Made by a program: the position numbers and the translations under genes. A stretch of DNA of 17,213 bases from Gemmatimonadota bacterium (lineage in GTDB: Bacteria > Gemmatimonadota > Gemmatimonadetes > Gemmatimonadales > GWC2-71-9): the NCBI GenBank assembly GCA_036679645.1, contig JAZDCY010000070.1, positions 1 through 17,213 on the forward strand, in the 5' to 3' direction. Below the pieces are notes generated by a model. It had not been told where the DNA came from, made no database searches, and worked only from the letters and a program-made list of their open reading frames with translations. Within the stretch, counting starts at the first letter, position 1, and the number at the start of each line of letters is the position of its first letter. Shown here in pieces: positions 1 to 8,800 of this stretch.

Positions 1-101
1 AGAACTTCCGGCGCCTGGTGACCCGTTACGAGTATCATGCCGAGAACTTCCTCGGTTTCGTCCAGCTCGGGTGCATCGTCATTCTGCTCCGGTATTTATG
101 A
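1..101 (+). CDS. IS5-family transposase, C-terminal fragment (truncated by window edge)
   Basis: The frame from position 3 reads [32 protein letters not shown], with TGA at 99-101. This matches the typical C-terminus of IS5-family DDE transposases (RRLxTRYE/D...NFLxFVxL). Confidence 0.85.
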   Translation, partial: NFRRLVTRYEYHAENFLGFVQLGCIVILLRYL

Positions 102-113
102 GATGCCTTCTAG
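1..113 (+). mobile_element. Right end of an IS5-family insertion sequence (probable terminal IR ~96-110, followed by TAG target)
   Basis: The transposase stop lies within TTATGAGATGCCTTC, which is followed by TAG (CTAG at 110-113). TA/TAG/CTAG targets are typical of several IS5 subgroups. The partner IR is outside the window, so the boundary is inferred. Confidence 0.6.
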
Positions 114-126
114 TAACTGAAGATTC

Positions 127-1644
127 TCATTCGCTGACGATCTCGCGATAGCTTTCGGGCTTCCACTGCGGACGCGCATCGCGGTTCGCGACATCGAGTC
201 CCAGATACATCATCAGCTTCACGATACGGGATGCTTTTTCTGAATTGATCTTGTCCGTGTGATCCGACGGCCGGTGGTAGTCGGGATGCGTGCCGTTGAA
301 GAAGAACAGAATGGGCACGCCGCGGCGCGCAAAGTTGTAGTGATCCGACCGGAAGTAGAATCGTTCGTCGGGCCACAGGTCGTCGATGGCGGTCATGTCC
401 AACTCGGGATGCGCGGCATTCACACGGTTGAGCGTTGACCCGAGGTCCGAGTGCTCCTTCCCGATCACCACGATCGTGTCGGTCCAGTTGCGCCCGATCA
501 TGTCCGCATTCAGGTCGGCCACGATGTTGTCGATGGGTACGGGTGGGTGGCCGGCAAAATAGTCGCTGCCCCACAGGCCGCGTTCTTCGCCGCTCACAGT
601 GAGAAAAATGATCGAGCGGCGCGGGCGCGGCGTGAGCGCCGAGAACGCCTGCGCCAACTGCACGACGCCGACCGTACCGGACGCGTCGTCGTCGGCACCG
701 TTGCAGATGGTGTCCGCGCCGGTGCGGCGGCAGCGCGTCCCCACGTGATCCATGTGCGCGCTGTAGACGACGTACTCGTCGCGCAACTCGGGATCACTTC
801 CTTCCAGAATGCCGACCGTGTTTGGTGCCGTCATTCGTTCGGTAATCTCGGGCACGATCTGGAGCGTCACCTCCATGCCGGGAACCAGCCGGGCCGTGGC
901 GTTGGTGGTCGCGCGCAGCTCACGGAGATTGATGCCGGCGGCCTGGAGCGCGGAGGCGATGCCCGGTTCCCGCACCATGACGAGCGGCCCGCGTCCCCCG
1001 TCACGCCACGGCACGTGAATAGCGGCACGCTGTTGGGTTCCCTGAAGGGCGGTCCAGTCACCATCGGCGATATCGGCAACGGTCAACAGGGCGGCGGGAC
1101 CGGCGCGCCACACGCCGAAGATCAGATTCCGGCTTGCCCGCGCAAAGGCTCCGTTGGGTCCGGTCTCGACCGGAACGATGACGATGGCTCCCTCGAGGTC
1201 CACGTTGGCCAGGGCGGTCGCCAGGTTACGCGTCCCCGCAACAACGACGACCGGAGCGGTCAGGCCGTCGGGTAGGTATCCGCCACCCACCCGGGTAGCG
1301 TCACGATCGAAACGCAGAGTCCGTCCGCCGGGGAGCGTGAGGCTCGATGCGGCGACATTCGTGCGCGCCATCGCGATCTCGTACCGTTGCAGGTATCCAC
1401 CGTCATCGCCGCCGGGTCTCAGGCCGAACCGCTCGAATTCACCGGCGACCCACTGCGCAGTGAGATCGAGACCACGACTGGGTGTGTCGCGGCCCATCAT
1501 GGAATCGTCTGCGATGATCTCGATCCGGTGTTGGTAGTCCTGGGGCGTGATCGTCGCCATGGCGCGATGAACGGATCCGTCCTGCGCGAACGCAAGAGAT
1601 GGGACGAGAGCGATCGCAACGGTGCCGAGTGTGAGACGGTGCAT
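127..1644 (-). CDS. M28 family metallopeptidase, secreted, with PA-like insert
   Basis: 505 aa. Signal peptide ending in AFA. M28 zinc-ligand motifs SAHMDH, NGADDDASG, GEERGLWGS, LNADMIG, RSDHYNF and YHRPSD. GAGGAG RBS upstream of the ATG. Confidence 0.93.
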   Translation of the reverse strand: MHRLTLGTVAIALVPSLAFAQDGSVHRAMATITPQDYQHRIEIIADDSMMGRDTPSRGLDLTAQWVAGEFERFGLRPGGDDGGYLQRYEIAMARTNVAASSLTLPGGRTLRFDRDATRVGGGYLPDGLTAPVVVVAGTRNLATALANVDLEGAIVIVPVETGPNGAFARASRNLIFGVWRAGPAALLTVADIADGDWTALQGTQQRAAIHVPWRDGGRGPLVMVREPGIASALQAAGINLRELRATTNATARLVPGMEVTLQIVPEITERMTAPNTVGILEGSDPELRDEYVVYSAHMDHVGTRCRRTGADTICNGADDDASGTVGVVQLAQAFSALTPRPRRSIIFLTVSGEERGLWGSDYFAGHPPVPIDNIVADLNADMIGRNWTDTIVVIGKEHSDLGSTLNRVNAAHPELDMTAIDDLWPDERFYFRSDHYNFARRGVPILFFFNGTHPDYHRPSDHTDKINSEKASRIVKLMMYLGLDVANRDARPQWKPESYREIVSE

Positions 1645-1696
1645 ATGAGTCTAACTCCTCAGTAGCGGGCCCGGTCAACGTACTCGATCGGTCATG

Positions 1697-1725
1697 AAAA
1701 AGGGGCGAGCCCTCAGACCCGCCCC
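1697..1725 (-). terminator. Rho-independent terminator after the DUF4384 gene
   Basis: Minus strand reads GGGGCGGG-TCTGAGGG-CTCGCCCC-TTTTT: an 8-bp GC stem with one G-U pair, then a U tract, about 20 nt after the stop at 1748. Confidence 0.8.
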
Positions 1726-1747
1726 ACATATTTGAGTTCCGGTGGCA

Positions 1748-2881
1748 TCAGTTCTTGCGGCGCTTCGGTCGGCTCGGCCGCCGCGGTGGGCTGCGCTGCG
1801 GCTCGTTCCGCCGCTGTGGCCGTGCGCGCCGGGTAGCAGCGCGTTGCGGTTCGGCCCGTCGCTGCGGCTCCCGTGCCGGACGGTTGCGTGGATCGACGCG
1901 AGCGGGATCGCGACGCTCTAGGCGGGGCCGCTGAGCGGGCGTAGCACGCTCGGGGCGGGCGGCTGGACGCCGCCGCGTGGTCTCGGCGGGCCGGCGCAAC
2001 TCACGTCGCAAGGGAGCGGGGATCCGTGTCCCGCCCTCGAGCACCCGGCGGGTCGCACCTGCCGCGGAACGGCGCCGGCCGTCGTCGTCCACCGGGCGTT
2101 CCCGCACGCGCACCACGTAGTCTTGGTCGGGGTCTCGGTCCCTGAACACGTAGCGGGGCACCACCGTCCGCCGCGGCCGATAAACGACCTGGGTCCCGGT
2201 GATGCGACGCGCCGGATAGTAGTACGGGTCGTCGTACACCACGATACGAAACCGAAAACAAGGGTTGTGGTACGGGTCCCAATAGGGCCACGCCGCGTAT
2301 ATGTGGCAGTCATAACAGAGAAAGCGGGGGTAGTCGTACCGGCGCTCGACGTAGTACGACACGGCATCGTACGAGTACGAGACGTAGTTCGGGGGCACGA
2401 TCACGTCGATTACGTCGCCGAACGCCACATAGGGATCGCCTACGATCCGGCCGTGCTCGGCGATGGCACGGTAGTCCCAGTGATTGCCGAGGACATACCC
2501 TCCGTAGCGGAACGGATCGGCGCTGGCGACGGCGAACACGTAGCCCTGCCCGGGGTAGTCATCGACCCGAAAGGTGAAGCGCCCGCCCCGGGATTGGATT
2601 TCGTAGGGCACGCCCCCGCGCGCGTAGTTGTCGTCCCACGGGTCGAGTGGAAAGAGCACGCGTACGCGCCCGTCGGTATCGACCCGGAAGATGGTCACGT
2701 AGGCGTCGATATCGGTTTGGAAGTAGACCCGCACCCGATCGCCGCGTTCAACGACGTCGTCCCGGTCGGTCCAGAGCTCGACGTATGGGGCCGCGCCTGA
2801 CCCCGGGTCACGTGCTCGTGCGGGCTGGATGGGACCAGTCGTCGTGATCGCTGTTGCTGCGATGAGCATGGATGCGAGCAT
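1748..2881 (-). CDS. DUF4384-domain protein, probably exported, with CxxCH motif and Arg/Pro-rich disordered tail
   Basis: The ATG at 2881 follows GGAGG and is preferred to the GTG at 2908. The N-terminus is hydrophobic. The segment VELWTDRDDVVERGDRVRVYFQTDIDAYVTIFRVDTDGRVRVLFP resembles DUF4384. A Tyr-rich region contains CYDCH, and the low-complexity tail has EPQR repeats. Confidence 0.75.
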   Translation of the reverse strand: MLASMLIAATAITTTGPIQPARARDPGSGAAPYVELWTDRDDVVERGDRVRVYFQTDIDAYVTIFRVDTDGRVRVLFPLDPWDDNYARGGVPYEIQSRGGRFTFRVDDYPGQGYVFAVASADPFRYGGYVLGNHWDYRAIAEHGRIVGDPYVAFGDVIDVIVPPNYVSYSYDAVSYYVERRYDYPRFLCYDCHIYAAWPYWDPYHNPCFRFRIVVYDDPYYYPARRITGTQVVYRPRRTVVPRYVFRDRDPDQDYVVRVRERPVDDDGRRRSAAGATRRVLEGGTRIPAPLRRELRRPAETTRRRPAARPERATPAQRPRLERRDPARVDPRNRPAREPQRRAEPQRAATRRARPQRRNEPQRSPPRRPSRPKRRKN

Positions 2882-2928
2882 CTTTGCCTCCGCGCCGTTG
2901 GTGATCACCGGCGCTTGTCGCCCTCAAA

Positions 2929-2944
2929 AGCAGGGTGCGTGCCA
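2929..2944 (-). promoter_or_regulatory. Sigma-54 (-24/-12) promoter for the DUF4384 gene
   Basis: Minus strand TGGCACG-CACC-CTGCT versus consensus TGGCACG-N4-TTGCW: one mismatch and correct GG/GC spacing, about 48 nt upstream of the start codon. Confidence 0.78.
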
Positions 2945-2960
2945 GCACGAGATGGTGGGA

Positions 2961-2985
2961 TAACTTCTTTATGTACAATGGATTA
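2961..2985. promoter_or_regulatory. AT-rich IHF-like binding tract upstream of the sigma-54 promoter
   Basis: TAACTTCTTTATGTACAATGGATTA is strongly AT-rich in a GC-rich background. It partially matches WATCAA-N4-TTR in both orientations and sits where IHF binds at sigma-54 promoters. Confidence 0.5.
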
Positions 2986-3127
2986 GATTGCGTCCCCGTG
3001 CAAAGGAAATTGGGGCAGATGTCCTTTTTTGAGGACGTTGGTGGGAGGGCGATGAGAGGGGCGATGCTTGCTCACGCGACCAAACCCCGGGCGTGAGCCC
3101 GGCTTTAGGGGCGATGAAAGAGGCGGA

Positions 3128-4024
3128 ATGGACCGACTAGATCTGCTCGATCCCTATGAGGTGGCCGAGCTCGGTGGGATCGAGTTGACTACGCACGGTG
3201 TCGTCGAGGGATTTCTTGCGGGGCTGCACCGGTCCCCGTTCAAGGGGTTTTCGGTCGAGTTCGCGGAACACCGTCCTTACCAACCGGGCGACGAATTGCG
3301 TTACGTCGATTGGCGCGTGCTCGCCCGCTCGGACCGCCTGAGCGTGAAGCAATTCGAGGCCGAGACCAATCTGCGCTCGATGCTCGTGTTGGATACCAGC
3401 AGCTCAATGGACTGGTCCGGAAGCGAAGGCCGGCTGACCAAGTTGGCCTATGCGCAGCGGCTCGTAGCGGCGCTGGCGCTCGTCTTGATACGGCAGCGGG
3501 ATGCGACCGGGCTGATCGCGTTTGATGACGAGGTACGCGCAGTAGTCCCCGCGCGAGCCCGCTTGCGGCAACGATGGGTGTTATTGCGGGCCTTGGCGGG
3601 GTTGGTCTCAGGGCGCGGTACGGCAGCCGAGCCGGCCCTCCGGCGGGTCACGGACCTGCTGCGGCGACGCGGTCTCGTGATCTTCGTGTCCGATCTGCTG
3701 TTCGATCGGGAGTTGGCACTTCTGGCGCTCCAGTACCTGCGTCACCGTGGTCACCAGGTGATGGTTTTTCATGTGATGGATCCGGCGGAGCTGGCCCTCG
3801 AAGGTCCCCCGGAGGCACGGTTCGAGGATCCAGAGTCGGGTAGCGGTGTCGTAGTCCGACCGCGCGAGTTCCGTGCGGCGTACGCCGAGACGGTCCGCCG
3901 GGCGATCGATGCCTGGCGCGCATCCTGTCGACGCGGCGGCATCTTCTACGATCACGTGACGACCGAGACGCCATTTGGGCACGTGCTGCGGCGCGCCGCG
4001 GCGCGCCGTTCGCGCCTCGGCTGA
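3128..4024 (+). CDS. DUF58 domain protein (MoxR-associated, VWA-like)
   Basis: Motifs GLHRSPFKGFSVEFAEHRPYQPGDELRYVDW, VKQFEAE, the MIDAS-like LDTSSSM and IFVSD. The ATG at 3128 is preferred to the TTG at 3068. Confidence 0.92.
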   Translation: MDRLDLLDPYEVAELGGIELTTHGVVEGFLAGLHRSPFKGFSVEFAEHRPYQPGDELRYVDWRVLARSDRLSVKQFEAETNLRSMLVLDTSSSMDWSGSEGRLTKLAYAQRLVAALALVLIRQRDATGLIAFDDEVRAVVPARARLRQRWVLLRALAGLVSGRGTAAEPALRRVTDLLRRRGLVIFVSDLLFDRELALLALQYLRHRGHQVMVFHVMDPAELALEGPPEARFEDPESGSGVVVRPREFRAAYAETVRRAIDAWRASCRRGGIFYDHVTTETPFGHVLRRAAARRSRLG

Positions 4025-4025
4025 C

Positions 4026-5819
4026 ATGGGGTTCTTGCAACCCCTCGCTCTGCTGGGACTCGTGGCGGCCGGGATCCCCGCGCTGCTGCACCTGCTGCAA
4101 CGTCGCACGCCGCCCACCGTCATCTTTCCCGCGGTGCGTTACCTGAGCGAGACGGAACGGCGACACTCGCGTCGGCTGCGGCTGCGCAATCTCCTGCTGA
4201 TGCTGGTGCGCATGTTGGTGATTGCGCTGATCGTGATGGCGTTGGCCCGGCCGATGGCGCGTCTGCCAATGGGCGACGTCCACGGTCCGTCGGCGCTCGC
4301 AGTCGTTATCGACAACTCGCTGTCGTCGGGCGCCGTCGTCGCCGGACGCCGCACGGTAGATCTCCTCGCCGACCGCGCGCGCGACGCGGTCGCCCGAGTG
4401 CGCAACGGTGACCGCTTGTGGTTCGTGTTGGCCGACGGCGTGCCACGACGCGTGGAGCGATCGCAGGCGCTCCTGCTGCTGGACAGCCTGACCGCCACGC
4501 CCGTCCGGCTCGATCTGGGGGAGGCGGTGCGGGTCGCGGCGCGTCTCGTGGGGGACGATCCGTTCCCCGGTGAGGTACTGGTCGTGAGCGATCTGCAACA
4601 GAGCGCGCTCTCAACCGGAGGGGAACCGGAGGTGCCGGTGTTGTTCGTTGCACCGCCGGATCTCCCAGCCAATGTCTCTGTGGATTCCGTGACGCTCACG
4701 CCGGCAGTCTGGTCTCCCAACGGAACCGCCATCGTGTCGCTCGGTGGGACCGGTATGCAGGCGGGGGAAGTGCGTATCGAGCTCGAGGGAGTTGCCGTCG
4801 CGCGGGGGCTGGCAGCCCCGGGTGACCAGGCCGCGCTCGCCGTGGAACCGCCTGGGCCCGGTTGGTATCGCGCCACTGTCCTGGTCGGTCCAGACGAATT
4901 GCGCGCCGACGACGTGCTGCACGTTGCCGTGCGCGTGGCGGCACCGACCAGCGCCACCGCCGCCGCCGGGACGGGGCCATTCGTGGCGCAGGGGATCGAC
5001 GTGCTGCAGGAGGCTGGCCGCATAGCGCGCGGCGCGGATGTCACGCTCGGCGACCACCTGACCGCGGGCACCGTGATTCTGTTCCCGCCTGCCGAAGCGG
5101 CTCTGATCGGCGGGGTGAACCGGGCGCTCCAGGCCAGAGGTGTTGCGTGGCGCATAGGGGACATTGTGCAGGGCGAGTGGGCCGTGAGCGGCGACGTGGT
5201 CGGTAGCGAGGAGGCGCGCGTGTTCCGCCGGCACCGGCTCGACGGGACGGGGAGCGTGATCGCGCGCGTGGGCGGCGATCCCTGGATCGTGCGCGACGGG
5301 GATGTCGTGATCGTCGGGAGCCGCCTCGAAACGGAGTGGACCACGCTCCCAATCAGCGCCGGGTTTGTGCCGTTTCTCGACGCGATGGTCAACCGCGTCG
5401 CGGGACGCGGCGCAACACGTGTCGCTGCGGTCCCCGGGGGCACGGTGCGTCTCCCGCCTGAGGTCACCACGTTGCTGGGACCGTCGGGTCGGGTGGCCGT
5501 GTCCGGTGAGCGCGTCGTGCAGGCGCCCTCCACGCCCGGTGCCTATTTCCTGCTCGGTGCCGCGGGGGACACTATCGGTGCCCTCGAGGTCAATCCCGAT
5601 CCGCGCGAGTCGGACCTGCGCGCGACCGACCGGGCGGGTCTGCGCGCGACGTTTGGCCGCCGTGCCGAACTCGTGGCAGCGAACCGCGTGGCAAATGCAA
5701 TCTTCCGGACCGCGCGGCGCGCAGATCTCACCGGGTGGTTTGTTGGACTTGCCATCATCCTGGCGCTCCTCGAGCTCATCGTCGCGAGCCTCGGGGGACG
5801 ACGCACCGAAGAAGCCTAG
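4026..5819 (+). CDS. BatA-domain / VWA-domain membrane protein
   Basis: The N-terminus MGFLQPLALLGLVAAGIPALLHLLQRR...FPAVRYL...RLRNLLLMLVR...LARP matches the BatA N-terminal double-TM domain. It has MIDAS DNSLS, VVSD and a C-terminal TM helix (WFVGLAIILALLELIV). The ATG is 1 nt after the DUF58 stop. Confidence 0.88.
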   Translation: MGFLQPLALLGLVAAGIPALLHLLQRRTPPTVIFPAVRYLSETERRHSRRLRLRNLLLMLVRMLVIALIVMALARPMARLPMGDVHGPSALAVVIDNSLSSGAVVAGRRTVDLLADRARDAVARVRNGDRLWFVLADGVPRRVERSQALLLLDSLTATPVRLDLGEAVRVAARLVGDDPFPGEVLVVSDLQQSALSTGGEPEVPVLFVAPPDLPANVSVDSVTLTPAVWSPNGTAIVSLGGTGMQAGEVRIELEGVAVARGLAAPGDQAALAVEPPGPGWYRATVLVGPDELRADDVLHVAVRVAAPTSATAAAGTGPFVAQGIDVLQEAGRIARGADVTLGDHLTAGTVILFPPAEAALIGGVNRALQARGVAWRIGDIVQGEWAVSGDVVGSEEARVFRRHRLDGTGSVIARVGGDPWIVRDGDVVIVGSRLETEWTTLPISAGFVPFLDAMVNRVAGRGATRVAAVPGGTVRLPPEVTTLLGPSGRVAVSGERVVQAPSTPGAYFLLGAAGDTIGALEVNPDPRESDLRATDRAGLRATFGRRAELVAANRVANAIFRTARRADLTGWFVGLAIILALLELIVASLGGRRTEEA

Positions 5820-8800
5820 ATGCTCCCCGGTCTGCTGCATGCCTTTCGAGCGTTGCCCACCTTTCGGGGCTTCACGTCGCGCCTGCCCGCGCAAGAGCAA
5901 CAGCTCGAGGTGACCGGGCTTCCGGGCTCGAGCCGGGCCGTTCTCGTCGCTGCCCTGGCTGAACGCGATCCGCGCCGCGTCATGCTCGTCGTAACCGGAA
6001 CGCCCGGCGATGCGGAGCGGTGGGAGGCCGACCTGCGGGTCCTGCTGGGTGAGACGGCCCGGCTCTATCCGCAGCGCGAAGCGTTCGGCCAGCACGAGCC
6101 GCACTACGAGATTGCGGGCGAACGGGTCGAGACCATCGATGCACTCTCACGTGGCGCAACGCGGGTCGTGATTACAACCCTGCGTGCGACGGTTGAACGG
6201 ACGCCCGACGTGGCGGGACTGGCGCGGCATCGCCTGGACCTGGGCGTCGGGTTCGCCGGCCGGCCGGCGCATGTGGTCGAGCAACTCGAAGCCATGGGAT
6301 ACGAGCGTACCCCATCAGTGACCGACGTGGCGCAATTCGCGGTGCGCGGGGGCATCATCGATGTATACGGCTTCGGCATGGCCGCGCCGGCGCGCCTCGA
6401 GTGGTGGGGCGACGAGGTGATCTCCATCCGCAGTTTCGATCTCGATACCCAGCGTTCGCTCGAAGAGACGGGTCAAGTCACGGTGTTGCCGATTCGTTCC
6501 GACATGAACGAAACGGGGGCACGTGATGGAAACGAGACGGAGGGGGAGGTAGGCGAGACGACCACGTTGCTGGATGTGATGCCGGCGGACACGCTCATCG
6601 TGGTCGATGACGGTATCGACGAGCGCGACGCCGCGCGGATCTGGGACGAGGCGGAGCACCATGTGCAACTCGCGATGCGGCGTGGCGAGGATCTCCCGGG
6701 GAGGGAGACAGTGTTCGTGTCTCCCGAGGCGTGGGATGCGAGGTGGCGCCGTTTTGCCCGGCTACAGCTGCGGGATGGCGTCGTGCGGGACGATACGGGG
6801 TATGACTTTCGGCTGATCCCGCCCGAACCGATCGATCGGGATATGCGTCGCCTGCAGCGACTCGTACGTCTGCAGCCGACCTTGATTCTGTGTGACAACG
6901 ATGGGCAACTCGAGCGCCTCGAGGAGCTCTTGTCGGTCGGGGACGTACCGGGGGGCGACTTCCTGCCCGCGGGCGTCACCCTCGCGCTGGGCGCGCTCCA
7001 CGGCGGGTTCGTGCTCCCCGATCTCATCGTGCTCACCGACCACGAGATATTTCGGCGCGCGCGGCGCATTCGACGTGCGCGCCGCTTTCGGCAGGCGATG
7101 GCAACCTCCGCGAGCTCGCTCACGCCAGGCGACTATGTGGTTCACCTCGAGCACGGCATCGGGATCTACAAGGGAATCGAGCAGATCGTCTTGGGGGAGG
7201 TAGATGCGCGGCTGGAGGTGGCGGTCGTGGAGTACGAGGGCGGCGATCGGTTGAACGTGCCGCTCTATCGTATCGACCAGCTCGAGCGGTATCGCGTTCC
7301 GGGAGACGACCAGGTGCCCCCGCGGTTGGACCGGCTCGGCGGGACGCGCTGGCGGCGCCGGCGCGACAAGACCCAACGCGCCATACGGCAGATGGCCGCC
7401 GAGCTGGTCGAGCTTTACGCGCGCCGTGCCGTCACCACCGGGTTCGCGTACCCGCCGGACACGCGGTGGCAGCGTGAGTTGGAGTCCGCCTTCCTGTACG
7501 AGGACACCGAGGATCAGCGGACGGCTACCGAGGACGTGAAGCGAGACATGGAGTTGCCCGCTCCCATGGACCGCTTGATCGTGGGTGACGTGGGGTACGG
7601 CAAGACCGAGGTCGCCGTTCGGGCTGCGTTCAAGGCTGTGCAGTCGGGGAAACAGGCTGCGATCCTCGCCCCGACAACGATTCTTGCGGAACAACACGGC
7701 CGGACGTTTGCCGAACGCATGGCGGATTTCCCCGTGCGGGTCGAAGTGCTATCCCGGTTCCGCACGCCCGCCGAACAGAAAGCGGTCCTTGCGGGGCTGG
7801 CGGATGGTACGGTGGATATCGTGATCGGGACGCACCGACTGCTCTCGCCCGATGTGAAGTTCAAGGATCTCGGGTTTCTCGTGATTGATGAGGAGCACCG
7901 GTTCGGCGTCAGACACAAAGATCGACTCAAGGCGCTGCGCCTGGAGATCGATGTTCTCACCCTCACGGCGACCCCGATCCCGCGTACGCTGCACCTCGCG
8001 CTGGCCGGGTTGCGTCCCCTTTCTCTAATCGAGACTCCTCCGCGCGATCGCTCGCCGGTGCTCACGTTCGTGGAACCGTGGGACGACGAGCTGTTGGAGG
8101 AGGTCATGGCACGCGAGCTCGATCGTGGGGGCCAGGTGTATTTCGTGCACAACCGCATCGAGACGATCGGCACCATTGCCCAGCGTGTGGAGCGCCTCGC
8201 GCCCCGTGCGCGCCTCTCCGTTGCGCACGGCCAGATGCGGGAACGTGAACTGGACGATGTCATGCGCCGGTTCGTGGCCGGCGAGGTGGACGTGCTGGTG
8301 TCGACGATGATCGTGGAATCCGGTCTCGACGTCGCCAACGCCAATACGATGATCGTGCACGATGCCTGGCAGTTCGGGCTCGCCCAACTCTACCAACTGC
8401 GTGGTCGCGTGGGGCGCGCGCATCGCCGGGCCTATTGCTACCTGCTAACCCCGGAGCGGGTCGATCGGGACGCCGAACAGCGGCTGCAGATCCTGGAGCA
8501 CCACACGGCCCTCGGATCCGGCTATAGCATTGCCCTGCGGGACCTCGAGCTGCGGGGCGCGGGTAATCTCTTGGGAGCCGAGCAGTCGGGATATGCGCAT
8601 GCGGTGGGCATCGATACGTACATGCGATGGCTGCAAGACGCCGTACGGGCACTACAAGACGAAGGGGCGGGTATCAGCTACTCTCCGCCCGAGGTGACGG
8701 CCGATGGCGGCGCGCACCTGCCCGACGAGTATGTCCCGGACGAGGATGCGAAGCTCGATCTGTACCGGCGGCTGGCATCTGCCGCCGAACCTGGCGACAT

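Noticed and set aside
1760..2000. EPQR-type repeats in the DUF4384 protein tail
   Set aside because: This is ordinary low-complexity disordered coding sequence, not a discrete DNA repeat element.
3047..3075. GGCGATG considered as the start of a fluoride riboswitch
   Set aside because: The rest of the motif (the pairing TCGCC and the downstream conserved segment) is absent, and the downstream gene is unrelated to fluoride.
3068..3127. Upstream alternative starts in the ORF track (3068 for DUF58; likewise 3975 for BatA and 2908 for DUF4384)
   Set aside because: Family-typical N-termini and RBS or coupling positions support the downstream ATGs at 3128, 4026 and 2881.
4139..6104. Long antisense ORFs (464 aa, 497 aa) and many similar overlapping ORFs across the window
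   Set aside because: They are shadow frames of well-supported genes in high-GC DNA, with Arg/Ser/Pro-rich composition and no recognisable motifs.
6500..6562. Purine-rich, weakly duplicated stretch in mfd (NETG..NETE..GET)
   Set aside because: It is a short, in-frame, imperfect duplication in what looks like a variable linker, with no sign of an intein or mobile insert.
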